Positions 12,482 through 26,494 of a DNA stretch of 64,000 nt are shown here, piece by piece; within the stretch, counting starts at the first letter, position 1, and each line of letters opens with the position of its first letter. The notes under the pieces are model-generated. The model saw only the letters and a list, made by a program, of their open reading frames with translations, searched no databases and had not been told where the DNA came from. A program made the position numbers and the translations under genes. The DNA comes from Eimeria praecox (Eukaryota): contig OY986946.1 in the NCBI GenBank assembly GCA_963920595.1, positions 9,610,001 through 9,674,000 of the forward strand, given 5' to 3'.

Positions 12482-15400
12482 GAATTTTAGGCGTGCGCGG
12501 AAAATGTTTGGCTAATGAGTGGATTGACCACGAGGTCGACCTGAAGTGCAGCTTGCCTGCAAAAATCCTTTTCACCCCTCCGTGGGTTGAGCTGCCTTTT
12601 TATGCAGAGCGCGCACAGATGCCCGCTGAGGTGCGGCATTGGTCCGCAGCAGACGTGAAGCGAAACAACGCTTCATGCACCCGGACACGCCAAAACTGCA
12701 CCCCCTCATCCTGCTGACGCAGGAAGGGCCTTCCTGTGTCAATAGCATGGGGGAGTGCAGTTTTTTGAGTGCCAGTGGTGCTTTTGTGGTGTTATGAGAC
12801 CTTCTCTGGCGTTGCAACCGGGTGCCGCTTTGCCCAGCGAGTACGTCCATAGCTCGAACACAGAGCTGGGGTAGCCCTGGCTTGCAAGAGAGTGGATGGA
12901 AGGGGCAAAGGCACTCTCAAACGCCTATAGCGAAAAGGGCAGTTTTATGATGCTACAGTTGCCTGATTCGTCTCACGTGCTTGTTGCAGCATAGCAGGTG
13001 GTAGCTTGTCTGATACGCCAGGGTATTGCTGGGGTGAACACACACAGCTAGGCGGCAGCTGCCTGCGAGTCTACAATGGCTGAAGTAACAACAGTGGCTG
13101 AATAACAACCACAATTCGTTTGGGTATTCAACGGTGGTGCAGCCTGGGCCGCGGGTGTCTTGCTATGCAAGGCAGGTCCTTAGCTCGCTACTTATCTCCG
13201 AGGGACATCCCTACTAGCTGCCGCATAATACTAGAACCAATAGAGGCCCACCCGGTGAATTGCGCCAAGGCAAAATATGCATCCATTCATGTAAGGGGCA
13301 CCCATGTGCATTGTGTTGCGCGTGGGGAATTGGGAGGGAAAGTGCACTTGTGTATCGGCTTCCCAGCCAGTCCTCAGGGACGCAAGGCTTAAAATAGACT
13401 GGGTGATGTAAAATGCGTCAGCCCGTACTGAGGCATGAGCTGGAGATGCGGGTATGATAGTTACTAAGCCGGTGCTTGCCTGGAAGGGGCTGGCTCTTTG
13501 TTGGCATTATGCTGGCCACCCTTGTGGTGCAGCGGGCCAGCGCTATGGTGGCCTCGATGCGCGTATTTGTTTGGCCCTGTATGCTTTGGGCTACAGCAGC
13601 GGCTGCAGAAGCTTGTGTGACAAAAGGGATCAATTCTTGGGCACCCCGCTGCGTTGATCACTTGAACCGTTCTTCAACAAGTGAGCATTGATTATATCAA
13701 TGAGTTTATAGAGCATCCCCAGCAGTGTACTAACTGCATCTGCATTGATGCTGCCAGAGGTAAACGCATTGATCTCCTGGAGCCGTTGCACTTGCGCGTT
13801 CCCCCAGCGGTCCTGCGTTTCGCCTCAACCCAAGATGGCCATTTATCTTCACGGACGTGTGTACCTTTGAAGGGTGATGCCATCTGCATTGCGTGCGCGG
13901 CACCACAAGTGAACTATTGCACGCTAGAATGGAACAATACAGAGAGTATGCCCGCATGCTTGTGACGTTGTAGATTCGCACTGCCTTACGTTCTTTTGCG
14001 TGCTGTATTCACAATACTCAAGGCCGCACACTTTTGAATTATAGAATATGGCAATTCATTTTAATCTGTTGTGCCTAGTGTTGACAATTCTCGTTGCGGC
14101 GGCTTCAGGCCGAGGAAAATGCCCTGATGCGAAGGTTTGGCAAGCTTCACGAAAATTAGACACTACGCTAGAGCAGCATCGAGCCTTCCTCCCTTTTCAT
14201 AAGCTGCCACATCCAACAGGGGCAATCCTTCGAATGGAACTTACATATGCGGGAGACGCCTGCACTGCCGATGCACGTAAACTCCGATTGAGCAAGAGGA
14301 CGCCGTATGAGTAGTCACAAAGTATGCATATCATATCGCCGAAGCATTCTCCATGCTCGCCGGTTCGCGCTGAAGAGGCGTTCGAAGAACTGGCTGTAGG
14401 GCCGGGACAAAGTTAGGGTGGAGGAACCTTACGGTTTGTTACGAGGGAATTATTTTGTATTTATTCAGTACGCAGACACACAGACGGGGAGGGAAAACGT
14501 GAAGTGTCGCAGCATTCTCCAGCCACAATTTTTACTAGGAGGGGTATATGCATTTGATTGCACCAGCGTTAGGCGTATGGTACGGAGCAGAGCGTGAGCT
14601 TGGTAACAAAGCCGTTGGAATCCTATTGAAGTTGCCCAAATGTCGAGGCAGCCACCAACGACCAGTTCAAACAAGAGTGGCGCATGCATGTGGCTTTGAG
14701 TTGGGCTAGCAATGTTAAATGCCGGAGCTTCCTAAAACCTCCACGGTATGGCCTTATTCAGTCTCCTAGGCAGAAAGCAGTTGATTCCGGAACGTCTTGC
14801 AAACTTCATGCATGAGAATGAATGTGCGCAAGGCTTCTCTGCAGCGTGAAGGGCAATCCTGGCGCAGTGGTGGACAGCGAGTGCCCTGAATGCTCAGATC
14901 ATGAACTGCACGAGTGAGACAATACGCAAATAGGCATATTGTGGTTGGGTGAAACCTGTGAAGGGATGCCTCACTGATTGTACGATGCAGATGGATGCGG
15001 CTATTAGTTGCCAGTCCGTCGGGTTGCGGTGTATCGACATGACCACTCAGCCAGTTTCAGCCTTGAGTTGGTGAAGTGGTGAAGTGGTCGAGCAACCGCA
15101 TTATACGCCGGCCAACGCCCAGCAGTGGTGAGACAGTCATGTATTGAAGCATGTGCCGAAGAACCAAGTACTCAAGTATGCCGGGAAACCCCTGAACAGC
15201 GGCCTGGGCATAATGCAGATCCCGGGTGCAGATATCCGTCTTGATCTGTTGTGGTCTGACGGCATCAATGCGATGTATGGCACGATTGCTGCTTTAGAAC
15301 GGTCGTGTTCTGACGCGCTGGTCTGCTGTTGCACCAGGTTGTAAGCAACCATCTTCGGTAGAACGGCGTGGCTCTGCGTGGCAGTCTTTGACCGCATGTT

Positions 15401-18399
15401 GTGAACATTGATGCGAGGGCTGGTGTATGCGCACATTTGCGTCCTCGAAGTTGTGCAACTGAATGCCACGCCGCAGTTAGTGCGTCACACATGACGGGGA
15501 GATGCACAGTCGTCTGAAGAGGCGTTTTGGGAAAGTTGCATGGACGGTTGCTCACATCGACGTTAGATCTACCTCGGCCTTAAGCTTACCCTGCTGGAGC
15601 TGAAATAAAACAATCCAGGGAGTATGCATCCATTTTCGATGAGCTGCTGGTTTGAAACGCATGCATATGTTTGTCATTCTCGCGTGCCGGAGCCCGTTTG
15701 GGTCAGCATGATGTTTGGGTCTGAAGGGGCGTGCCATTACAATCGAACAGTTAGACGCATATCACCGTAACATCTGTTGGCTTTACATGCGTGTACCCTG
15801 GAGTGTTTGAAGCGCGAGAAGCGAACGCTCACGCGGTAGTGTGGATGCCTGCAAAGTATAATGTAGGCGCCGAGGTGCCCGAACACGCAAGATGTAAGGC
15901 GAGGACGCTTGTGTAGCAGACTTGAGCAACGGCTTAATGAGGAGACCATCCATTCTTAGAGGAAGGCTGCTTATTCGCTACAGAGTGCATGCATGCAGCT
16001 AGCCGTCATGCTCCTTGCATTTCTGTCTTTCTTCCTCACTCGTGTGTGTGCCCATGACCTAAGGCGGATTAAACCCAGAGTGTGCTGATCTGGGCGTGCT
16101 CAGCACCAACCCTTACTCATCCGCTGATCACCGTTTGAAATGCAATTGCAAGAATGCTTAGGGACAATTCTGGCCGTTTGTATATCCCGATGTCTCGCTG
16201 CGTCCTACGGAAGTGCTTTTGTAGGAATGCTGTGTAGTTTCCTTTTGACATGCATTGACGCCGCTCTTCCGCTGCAAGTACTAGGAGTCCTTTCCAGAGA
16301 GTGAGCAGGCAGTCTGGGCATCAAAGTGTGGAAATCCCACTTGGGGCATTAACCCGCATTGTCTGGTGCTTTCAGGCTGCTGTGTGCGGCTTTGTGCTGC
16401 GCTAGATATCTGCAATTCGATCCCATGCTAGAGCATTTGATCCAACTACACAGTGCATGATGGTCTTAACGGCCCAATGCAGCTTAGGCGTATAGTGAAA
16501 CACTGGTATGCCAAAGTGGGTGCGTTTAACAACCAACGCATATCTGGTTTCATCTGTTTATGCACTCCAGGCGTGAACTTGGTGAACCTTGTGGCATTGA
16601 CCTTTAGTGGACGTCACAGCTGGTTTATCCTGATGGCAGGCAGCCGTACTGGCAAACTTCCGAGAGAGCGCGGGCATGACGGGGAAACGAACGTGATTTA
16701 TATATCGCGAATAGCATTGCAATCAGCAGTGTAGGCTGCTCATGTCCTCTGACCCCTGATCTGACCGTCCCTTTGTGGGTTGAATAGTATAGCATTTCGT
16801 CACCACAGCAGCAGCTGGTCGGCGCTGTAAACCTTAATTCGTCGGTATTCCACGCCATGCACAGTCCATGGGACCTCTTGTTGATGAGCGTTGGAAATGC
16901 CATGTTTAGCGTGGCTTTGCAGGTGTGCCGCTGGCTGGTGTGTGTATGTCCATTACGCAGGCCTTAACCGTGACAAGAAAGGAGCTGCCTAATTCTTAGT
17001 TCACCGGTGACTTAGGCTGTGCGTTGACTGATCAGGGGTTCGTTGGCATTCCAGCCACACTGTGTCGGGGTTTTGGGGTATGAACGGGGATTTGTCGTAT
17101 CGCCCTGTGGAGCCGAGTGTCTAAATAAGCTCCAGCATATTAAGCGGGCCAACGGCAGATACTGACCTTTGGGTCAAAACGCGTGTAAACGTTTGACTTG
17201 TAGCGCTAGTGGGGCGACGTATGCGAACATTTGGGCGCGTTTCTCCACATAGCGTATGCGCAATTTCTCACACACGACAAAACATTTCACAGTGATGCGC
17301 TACAGAGAAGGGACGCTGCATAATCTGATAGTGTTGCTGCTACCACGTGATACAACCTTCAGGAAGTGAGCATGCTATCATGGACAGGGGCATGGGATTG
17401 CTCTGCAGTGATCGAGCTGCGGTTTTTGCATTCAAGAGGAGAGAACACAGAAACGTTGCATGTGCTTTGCGTTTGATGGGTATGGGCGTGGCGAGGAACG
17501 CGCAAAGTTTCTTTTGCGTATATATGCAGGCGCTCAACGTTACAGGCAGGCAGAGTGATGGGGCCAAATCCTCTGCCTGCTGGGTGGTAGTAAGAGCGGA
17601 ATGCCCTGCAGAAGGCGCTAGCTGCCATGCGCATTGCCTGTATGCCGCTAGGGAAATATCTGGTCTCCAGATGGGGCAACAGATTTAACCGCGAGTCATT
17701 GGGTCTTCGTATCTTCTTGGGTGTTTGCGGGACCTCATGCCCTGCACGTTCCTGTAGATAAGGCAGTGGAACAAACCCATGTGCATCGAAACAGCACAGC
17801 ATGGTAATCTAGCATAGTGATCCGCGTCTTTCTCTCCACCCATGCAACATGGAAATATTTCCTTCCGCATTTCACACTTGTCATATTGATGCACAGTAAC
17901 TTATATTCTAGCGAACGCCACCTCTGCCGCAGCTGGATTGGCGAAGGCCTATCTTGCGTCCTGTAATAGCCACTTTGCAGTGCCTGCGTGTGGAGGTGTA
18001 AGGGCTGGTTCCTAACGCTTTGAGAAGAGGCAATAGCCTCGTACGAACAAGCGTCATCACCGGGCTTATATTACCTCTCATGCACACACTGCCCATTCCA
18101 GCATTCGATCGTAGCTTCGGAGTGACGTCACGCCGCCTCCGGTGCATTGGCGTTGGGCCATATGCCTTCTTCCGGCGCACTCCCGTACACTCGGATTCAG
18201 GGCAAATGCCTACGTCGTCAGGCCATCCTTGGGCGCCGTGCACCCTAGCTCAAGACTTGCATACAACTCGGCATGTGCAGCGCATGCACGCGGATGGCCT
18301 GCATTCAATTTAACGGCGAAATTCATGGCTTGTCTGCTCACCCGCGCAGGGCCCATCCAGTCCGTCTCTGCTTATGGGGAATACGTGCTGCATTCGACA

Positions 18400-21300
18400 A
18401 GCGACTTGACAGCAACGCTGCTTTGCCCGTTCATTCCATTAATCAGTGGTCCTCTGCTGCATCCACGGCTGCATTCAGCCAGTACGCATATACTCTGGGT
18501 GAGTTATCGCAATCGCAGAGTTGCGAAAAGGTCACCAGCCAAAACTGAAGAAGGCCGCTAGGCGCATTGCACTGGTGTAGTTGGGGTAGTGTTACGCACG
18601 TTTCATCTGCATTCCACGCCTTCAAGCGAACAAATGTTTTTTACACCAGCATTATATATAGATGCAAAGGGCATTTACATGGTATCGTGCCAGGTATGAA
18701 TGCCTGCAGAGGCGTCGTAGCAAGCAAGAACAGATAATATGGGTCGTGAAGCGGTGTATCGGTGCCGCTTGCTAAGATATATACAGAAACGTACCAACAA
18801 GGGCTCCTCACCGTAGATATACACCAAGGTTAAGCTTACATGTTTTTAGGACGTTCTTCGGATCTCTTCTATTTGCGGCCAAGCAAGCGCAAATCTCACA
18901 CGCACGATTCGCATGTGTTGCCGAAGACCGTGGGTTAAACCGTTATTGCGCCACCTGAGCTTCTCCACAAGCAAGCTATCCTTCTTGCTTTTGAGAGATG
19001 CGCGGAGTCATTCTCTGCGTGGCAGCTCGCCTACCACTACTGGGTTAACCTCCCATGCATCTGGATGGTTCACAGCCAGCAAGAGCAGAGTTAGGGAACG
19101 GCGGGCGGCGGCTTGGGTTGTAAGGAGAACGCTACGCTTCGCGACTCGTGAAGTGTGTTGCTGGGTGTGCTCATGCATCTCGACGTGATCGTGAGTGCAC
19201 AGAAAATGAGCTACTGGCACACGATGTTCGAACAAAGCACATCAGCCTATCAACGGCGCTAACGAGAGAGACACGTTTTGCGACTGTGCTTTGTTGCGCC
19301 CAGTCAGTAAGCATACTGCGTGGGCCGACATTCACAAAGTTGCTTATTGGTCATCCTGTTGACGTTTGCCCAACAGTGTGTTTGAGCGTAGCGCCCGGTG
19401 TGTCTGCGTGTTTGTGACGAAGTTTATCAGCCGATGGGGCAACGCATGCGTGTCCAGCACGGCTTTCCTCCCTTGCTGCTGCGGAGAACGACTGTGGAAC
19501 TATGACGGTCATAGCAATCGCAATACTTTATTATTTGGGGTCCGCATGCTCGTGGTTTGTTGTTTTGCTCGTTCGGGGTTCACTGGAGGCCAGCAGTTGT
19601 GGCGGGAAGTGCAAGCGTGCCGTGCCACCTTGGTGAGTGCGCAGGGACGTTGGAAAAGGCCTTTGGATATTCGGATCATGCGGGAAGGCGCCAGGGTGTT
19701 TAAGGGGAGCCTCCGAAGCTGTGATGTGCCGCCGCGAGCGGGACTGGTCAATGCGGGGTTGCGTTCATGTCCGGGTAGGCGGGTCCCACCAGGCTCGCTA
19801 CACGTGCCGTCCGGAACACGCAAACACCGCGAGGTATTTTTCACCTCATGGCAAAGACTGTGTGTGGGAGCTTTATTCCGCTAACCCGGCTTCTCCGCAA
19901 GCAAGGTACCCTTCTTGCTTTTGGGAGATGCGCGGAGTCATTCTCTGCGTGGCAGCTCGCCTACCACTACTGGGTTAACCTCCCGTGCATCTGAATGGTT
20001 CACAGCCAGCAAGAGCAGAGTTAGGGAACGGCGGGCGGCGGCTTGGGTTGTAAGGAGAACGCTACGCTTCGCGACTCGCGAAGTGTGTTGCTGGGTGTGC
20101 TCATGCATCTCGACGTGATCGTGAGTGCACAGAAAATGAGCTACTGGCGCACGATGTTCGAACAAAGCACATCAGCCTATCAACGGCGCTAACGAGAGAG
20201 ACACGTTTTGCGACTGTGCGTTGTTGCGCCCAGTCAGTAAGCATACTGCGTGGGCCGACATTCACAAAGTTGCTTATTGGTCATCCTGTTGACGTTTGCC
20301 CAACAGTGTGTTTGAGCGTAGCGCCCGGTGTGTCTGCGTGTTTGTGACGAAGTTTATCAGCCGATGGGGCAACGCATGCGTGTCCAGCACGGCTTTCCTC
20401 CCTTGCTGCTGCGGAGAACGACTGTGGAACTATGACGGTCATCGCAATCGCAATACTTTGTTATTTGGGGTCCGCATGCTCGTGTGCTCGTGGTTTGTTG
20501 TTTTGCTCGTTCGGGCTTCACTGGAGGCCAGCAGTTGTGGCGGGAAGTGCAAGCGTGCCGTGCCACCTTGGTGAGTGCGCAGGGCTCTTGGAAAAGGCAT
20601 TTCCATGGGGAGAGACGTCAGGGTGCGTCAGTGGCGTCTCCTAAGGTGTGTTTTTACCGTCAGTAGCGGGGCTGGTCAATGCGGAGCTGCATTCACGTTG
20701 GGCTGGGCGGTTTTCTGCGGGCTCGCTGCAGGTTTACACGCGTCATGAGGCACGCGCAAATCTCAGACAGAGGATTCGCATGTGATGGAAAAGACCGTGC
20801 GTGGGAACATTATCCTGGTATTCCGGCCTCTCCACGAGCAATCTAAGACTCTAACCTTTGAGGAATGTGCCAACTGCTGCGCTGTTGCAAAGCTTGGAAT
20901 TTAATATTGCGTGCGCCTTGTGTGGACGCGGCTTCCTGTGAATGCTTTAACGTCAGCTGGAGCTGCGCTGGCCGACAAACGTTATAAAATATGAGGCGCC
21001 TGGCCTTCAGGTCGCCACAAGGGTGTGCATACGAAACTCGTGTGTAGCCTGGGCTGGGCAGAAGCAGGTAGAGCGTGAAGGGTTATGATGGGATGTTGCT
21101 GCGCAGGAAATTAGCATGCCAAGGACTCTAACGGGGGGCGATCGTTTTGTGCCAGTGTGTTGCTGCTTCAGCCAGTAAGCAGATCGTGTGGGCGGATGCC
21201 TGGACCATTGCTCACCAATCGTCGTGGGGGAGTTTTATGCAGTGCTGGCGGAATTTGTGGCTGTATTGGGAGGCGCGTGTAGCTGAGCATGCATCTGAAG

Positions 21301-24005
21301 TCAACCTTGTAGTATCCGCACATGATGTGTGTCGCGAGGCAGTTTCCATCTCCTCCCTGTGGGGTGGCGAGGTAGGCCTACACGTGCAGATGTACGATGA
21401 GGCGGAGTCGTTGGGGTGGATCTGTGGCATGTCCTACGGCTCTAAGGACGGCAGCAAACAGAAACTCAAACTCCAGTTGAGTCGGGGATATCGGAACAAG
21501 GCTGGCGGGGCTTTGCGGCGCCTGGTGGACAACGAAAAGGCCACCCGAGCGCTGTGCGGACGTTATGGTAGGCTGTGCGTTGACATTCCATTGGGTGGCC
21601 CCAGCTCCAGACGCCAGAATTCTCTTTTACGTTCCGAGCAATATTTGGACTCACGTGGGGCTCAAGGGTCAACGCCAACCCATGCCACAATGAGCACCGA
21701 ACGTGTAGGAAGAGCATACAGGGCACGACCTTAGCACTGAATACAGGTCTGCGAGGTGCTTGTAGCGCGCAAGTCGTGCACTAATCTGCAGAACATGGTG
21801 TATGTGGGCTTGAGGATTTCCAGGACTGCTGAGCAGTTTTGAAGGACGCTACGGAGAGAGGCGGCTTTGGAGTGGCTGTGCATTGCTGCATCCAGCCAGT
21901 AAGGGGACAGTGTGGGCGAAGGCTTGGAACGCTGTGCATGAGGCATTAGGCAGTGCTTCTAAGGTAGCCAGAAGTACTCCGATGGGCCGGTTTGTCAAGT
22001 GCAGTGCATGCAGCCGCAAACAATCTTGTGGCTTTAGCATGCAAACACCCTTGTTGCTTGAGCACACGATTCCGCCCCTGCACTTTGTAGGAAGTTCCAG
22101 AGTAGGCTGCATGAATGTGGCCGTGCTTGTCGGCTTTGCATCAACCAACCGACCCAGCTTACTCGGCGCCTTGTGTTTGTGGGGCAGCATGCGCATCTTG
22201 GAGGACGTTGTACTGGCTAGTGCAGGACCAGCGTGGTGGTGGTAGTTAGCTCTCTATTAGGGGTTTTAAGGGAGAAAAGCATGCGATGCGAGATACGGCC
22301 CCCCACAGGATTGCTTCGAGGATTTGGAAACGGGTAGCCCTAAGCATTTACTGCTGTTCAATGAGACGGCGGCCTCACAGTTTGTCTGTGGCATACGTTA
22401 CTGTGGGCCCAAGCACACAGAAGTTTGGAATGTGAATTTACGCTGCCTATGTGTGGGCCAAAACGATGCAAGCGCGTGAAAACGTCTTCACGTTTTGCCG
22501 GATCCTGAGAAAGCCAAGTGAGTGCTCTGCATGTGCTGTGATAGGTGGTGCGTTGAAGCATTTCTTGTGTCTTGCTGGGTATGACATTCTTAGGAACTGC
22601 TTCTTGCTCAGGTCGAACCCAAAATGAGCGGTGGCTGGCTAGGAACGTTGTGTCCAACGCGCTGGCTGCACAGCTTTGGAGTCGCTTTTGGATACATGAG
22701 AAGCAATGATATTGGGTCTATGGAGGACTTTTGCGAGTGGCCAGAGTAGCGGTGATTAAGGGCGCATTCATTGTAGCTGTTGTTTAGCACGGGCTATTGT
22801 TGCGTTTAGCCTGTACGTAGACGGCATCAGCGGTGGAATGCGCACTTTCGCAGTAGCCACCACTAAAAAATCATGGGTGCCGCCGTTGAGACGATCAACC
22901 TTAAATGTGCTCAAAATGTTGCGCCGGTGCTTCTGCGTGCTTTTGAAAGCGTTTGTTACCACGCACACGCTGCCAGGAGAGTTTCTCTCCCTTTCGTCCG
23001 CGGAGAACCACTGTGGAGCTGTGCCGATCGTCGCAATACTTAATTAGTATGCTCGTGGTATGTTGGCTTCTTCGTTCGGGATTCACTGGAGGCGACGGTT
23101 GAGGCACGAGGTGCACTTGCGGCGTGCTACCTCGCCGATTTTGCAGAGGCGCTAAAAAAAGAATTTTCACGCGGAAAGACGCCAGGGTTCGTCAGCGGCG
23201 TCTCCTAAGGTGTGATATTACCGTCAGTAGCGGGACTGGTCAGTCTGGAGCTGCGTTCACGTTGGAATAGGCGGGGTTTAGCACGCTCGCTGCAGCTTCA
23301 CATGCGTCGTCAGGCACGCGCAAGCCTCAGAGGCAGGATTCACATGTGATGGAAAAGGCCGTGCGTGGGAATGTTATTCTGCTACCCCGGCGTCTCCGCA
23401 AGCAATCGATGACTCTTACGTTTGATGGGTGTGCCAAGCCCTGAGCTTGTTGCAATGCTTGCAGCTCAATATTGCGTGTGCCTTGTGTGGACACCGCTTC
23501 CTGTGAATGCTTCAACGTCAGCCCGAGCTGCGCTGGCTGACAAACGTTATAAACTATGAGGCGTCTGGGCTGCAGGACGCCACAAGGGTGCGCATGCGGA
23601 ACTCTTGTGTAGCGTGGGTTGCGCAGAAACACGCAGAACATGAGGTATTGCCGGTGGATCTTGCAGGGCGGGAAGCTAGCCTGCCAGGGACTCTAACGAG
23701 GGGCGGTCTTTTTGTGCCAGTGTGTTGCTGCTTCAGCCAGTAAGCAGCCTGTGTGGGCGGGTGCTTGTAATGTTGCTCACCAGTCCTCTGGGGGGGAGTT
23801 TTATGCAGCGCTGGCGGAATGTGTGGCTGTATTGGGAGGCACGTATACCAGGGCATGCATCTGAAGATAGCCTTGTAGTATCCGCACATGATGTGTATCG
23901 CCAGGCAGTTTCCATCTCCTCCCTGTGGGGTGGCGAGGCAGGCCAACATATGCAGATGTACGATGAGGCGGAGACGTTGGAGTGGATCTGTGGCATATGT
24001 GGCGC
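18400..24005. repeat. Decayed tandem array of an old ~0.92-kb monomer, block 1
   Basis: Anchor (C/T)AG(C/T)C(A/T)GTA(A/C)G at 18476, 19301, 20231, 21169, 21893, 22807 and 23734 (spacings 825, 930, 938, 724, 914, 927). Additional shared blocks include TGTGATGGAAAAG at 20781 and 23345. Confidence 0.8.
18960..20600. repeat. Near-identical 930-bp-offset direct duplication
   Basis: ORFs 19008/19938 and 19366/20296 are offset by 930. Sequence ~18960-19660 closely matches ~19890-20600. Confidence 0.95.
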
Positions 24006-26494
24006 TTGAATTCGTTTGCGTGTAGCTAAGCTATGAGGGAGGCATGAACAGCGCATGCTGCTGCTTGTGGTTCGTCGATTTTGGTTGAGGTGTTTTGCGT
24101 TGAAAGTTGGTGGAATTTAGTGCATTATACTGACACTCTATTCGAGTACATACTCGTAACATCGGAAAGTGTTCGTAATACTTAAACACTATAGGTAGAG
24201 TCAAAAGGGAAACATATAAGTCTGCATATGCGTGATGCTTTCTGCAAGTCTGGAACATCTTTGGCTCTTGCTTGTCCTCCAAGAAGAACGGTTGTGAATG
24301 GACGTTCCTTGCAACCAGCTTCATTGCCCTCATTTTGGCTAGGTAAAGGCACGGTTCGCATGATCTGGTTGAGCTCAGCCGTGCCTGTTGAGAACATACG
24401 CATTATTTGGGGGAGAGTGAGCGGCCCCTCTTGTGCGAACATCATGGAGCTGTGCAGTTTGCAGGAGCAGGTATAGTGCGATTGTGGTGTGCAGAAGCCT
24501 TCCCTGCCATTGCGGTTGCGTGCTGCTTTACCAAGCGAGTGCGCGCATAGGGTGGAAACAGGCCTAGGGTTGCGCTGACTTCGGAGCAGACCCTCTGAGC
24601 TGGTGGACAGAAACTCTTAAGCATTTGTGCGATCTACTGTCAGAAAGGAGGCCTTATTTTGCTCATGTAGTGTAGGCCGTCGCGAGTGCTTGCTGATGCA
24701 AAGTAGGTGCTAGCTTCTCTGATGAACTGTGCGATTGCTAGGGTGAGCAAACACACTCACACGACACGTGTTCAACAGTTTCACCGCTGTTCAAAACGAG
24801 TCAGAGCTGCTGACTAAGACGGTTATTTTGCGCTTCGAGAATACGGATAGTAGCGAGTGCTGGTGGTGTGAGGATGCCGCGGTGGGGGTAAAAGTGTTCG
24901 CTGGACTAGTCAGTCCTCAGTCAAGGAGATGAATGCGACGCCTGCAGTGGCCAGGGGCATGTACGTGGAAATTCTGCTCACTGGCGCACCGCTGTAGAGA
25001 CGGAAAATGCAGTGTTCAGCATAGCTGCCAACAGAGTGCATTCAATTCAAGTCCCTAGGGTTGACCTAGCTACAAAATAGAAACGAAGAGCTTCGTAAGG
25101 ACGTAATGCAGCTTATTCGCATCACACACTGGCCGTCGCTTCCTAATGGAATACTATGCAGCCTAGGGAAGCCATTAACGTGCGCCTTATTATGCATAAC
25201 AAGAAATGCATGTTGTATGGATCACGTGCCGTTGGGTTTCGCATTACGCGTCGGCCTTCGCACTCAAAGTTTATCAAATGCGTGTCCTGCTTGGATACAC
25301 GGCTGTACTTTAAGCTGATTACGGTCTTACTTTGTCACCGAATGCCGAAGACATCAACACATGCCGCTAACTCAGAGGTCCCGTAAACTCGACTGCCAAA
25401 CACGGAGGTGTCGTATGGTGTGTGATGGTTCTCTGTTGTGAATAGCGTGCTGGGGAATTGGTTATGCTGCATAGCGGGCAGAGGGGAACGTTGAACTTCG
25501 TACTTGGCCACTCGTTGCTCTTCTTAGAGGATTAGTGCGCCGCGTGATCGAAGAGCGTTAAACATGAAGCACAGGCACCCATCAGAATAAGGCAGGCCTT
25601 TTAACGGATGAATACCCAAATGAGCCTAAATTGGGGCGGTTCATCACGCACGGCACGGTGCAGAGAGTGAGTCGGGCATCTAACGAATGCTGTGCGTAGG
25701 AATACTCATGAGATGACATTGAGCACGTCAGTGACGTTATCGTTGACGTTGGGCGGCAACACGACCGTTTTGCTGTTAAATCAAACTGAATTATGCAGAG
25801 AGTAGGCTTGTATTTCCGTGGTGGGTTGAGCATAATTGTGCGCCTGCTCAGGAAGACGCGGTCATGTCTATACAACCCGCTGATCAGATTTCGAGCGTCT
25901 TCTGCCTTCTCCCCACTGTGATTTGTTATGAGTGTAGGTACTTGGGAGCTACGCCGCACTGCAAGACGCTCCACCGCATCCCTTGGTAGTGATGGAGCAT
26001 TCAGTGAATGTAGCATGGAAATCGCCGCATTCGCGCTGTAATTGCAATAGGCGGAAGCAAGCATGCCCTGCGCATGCAGCACTGAATTTCCTTAAGGCTA
26101 CCACCTTTCAGGTGGGGGGTGTGCACAACGTACACAGGAAAGGCAAAACGAGAGGCTGCATTTTCAAGCACTGCCCAAAACCAGTCGGTACGCTGAAGAA
26201 GCAGCTGGAGCACACAAACTAAATTTCATAAATCGGTGGCGGAGAGTTGTAGGCATTTTAACGAGGTAGCATTTATCTGGTGTCCCTTAAGGAAAATCGT
26301 GCACCCTTGCTGCTGGCGATTGACGCTTTTGGAAGCGTCGCTCCAATTCCACGCTGGGTTGCAGAAACGCAACAATGGCCAAGGAGCTACCTTAGCTCAG
26401 CCAAACGCTATTTTGTCCAGGGCGTACGCAACTGATATTTATACAAAGGTTGCGGAAGCGTACACACACAGTATCGCTGAAACGCAACAATGAA

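Noticed and set aside
21147..21734. Longest ORF (195 aa), plus those at 19366-19884, 54764-55345 and 61238-61690
   Set aside because: Most have non-ATG starts, none has a recognisable motif, and the first three are not kept intact in their paralogous copies.
22255..22273. Telomere-like TTAGGGGTTTTAAGGG
   Set aside because: Only two degenerate units, not an interstitial telomeric array.
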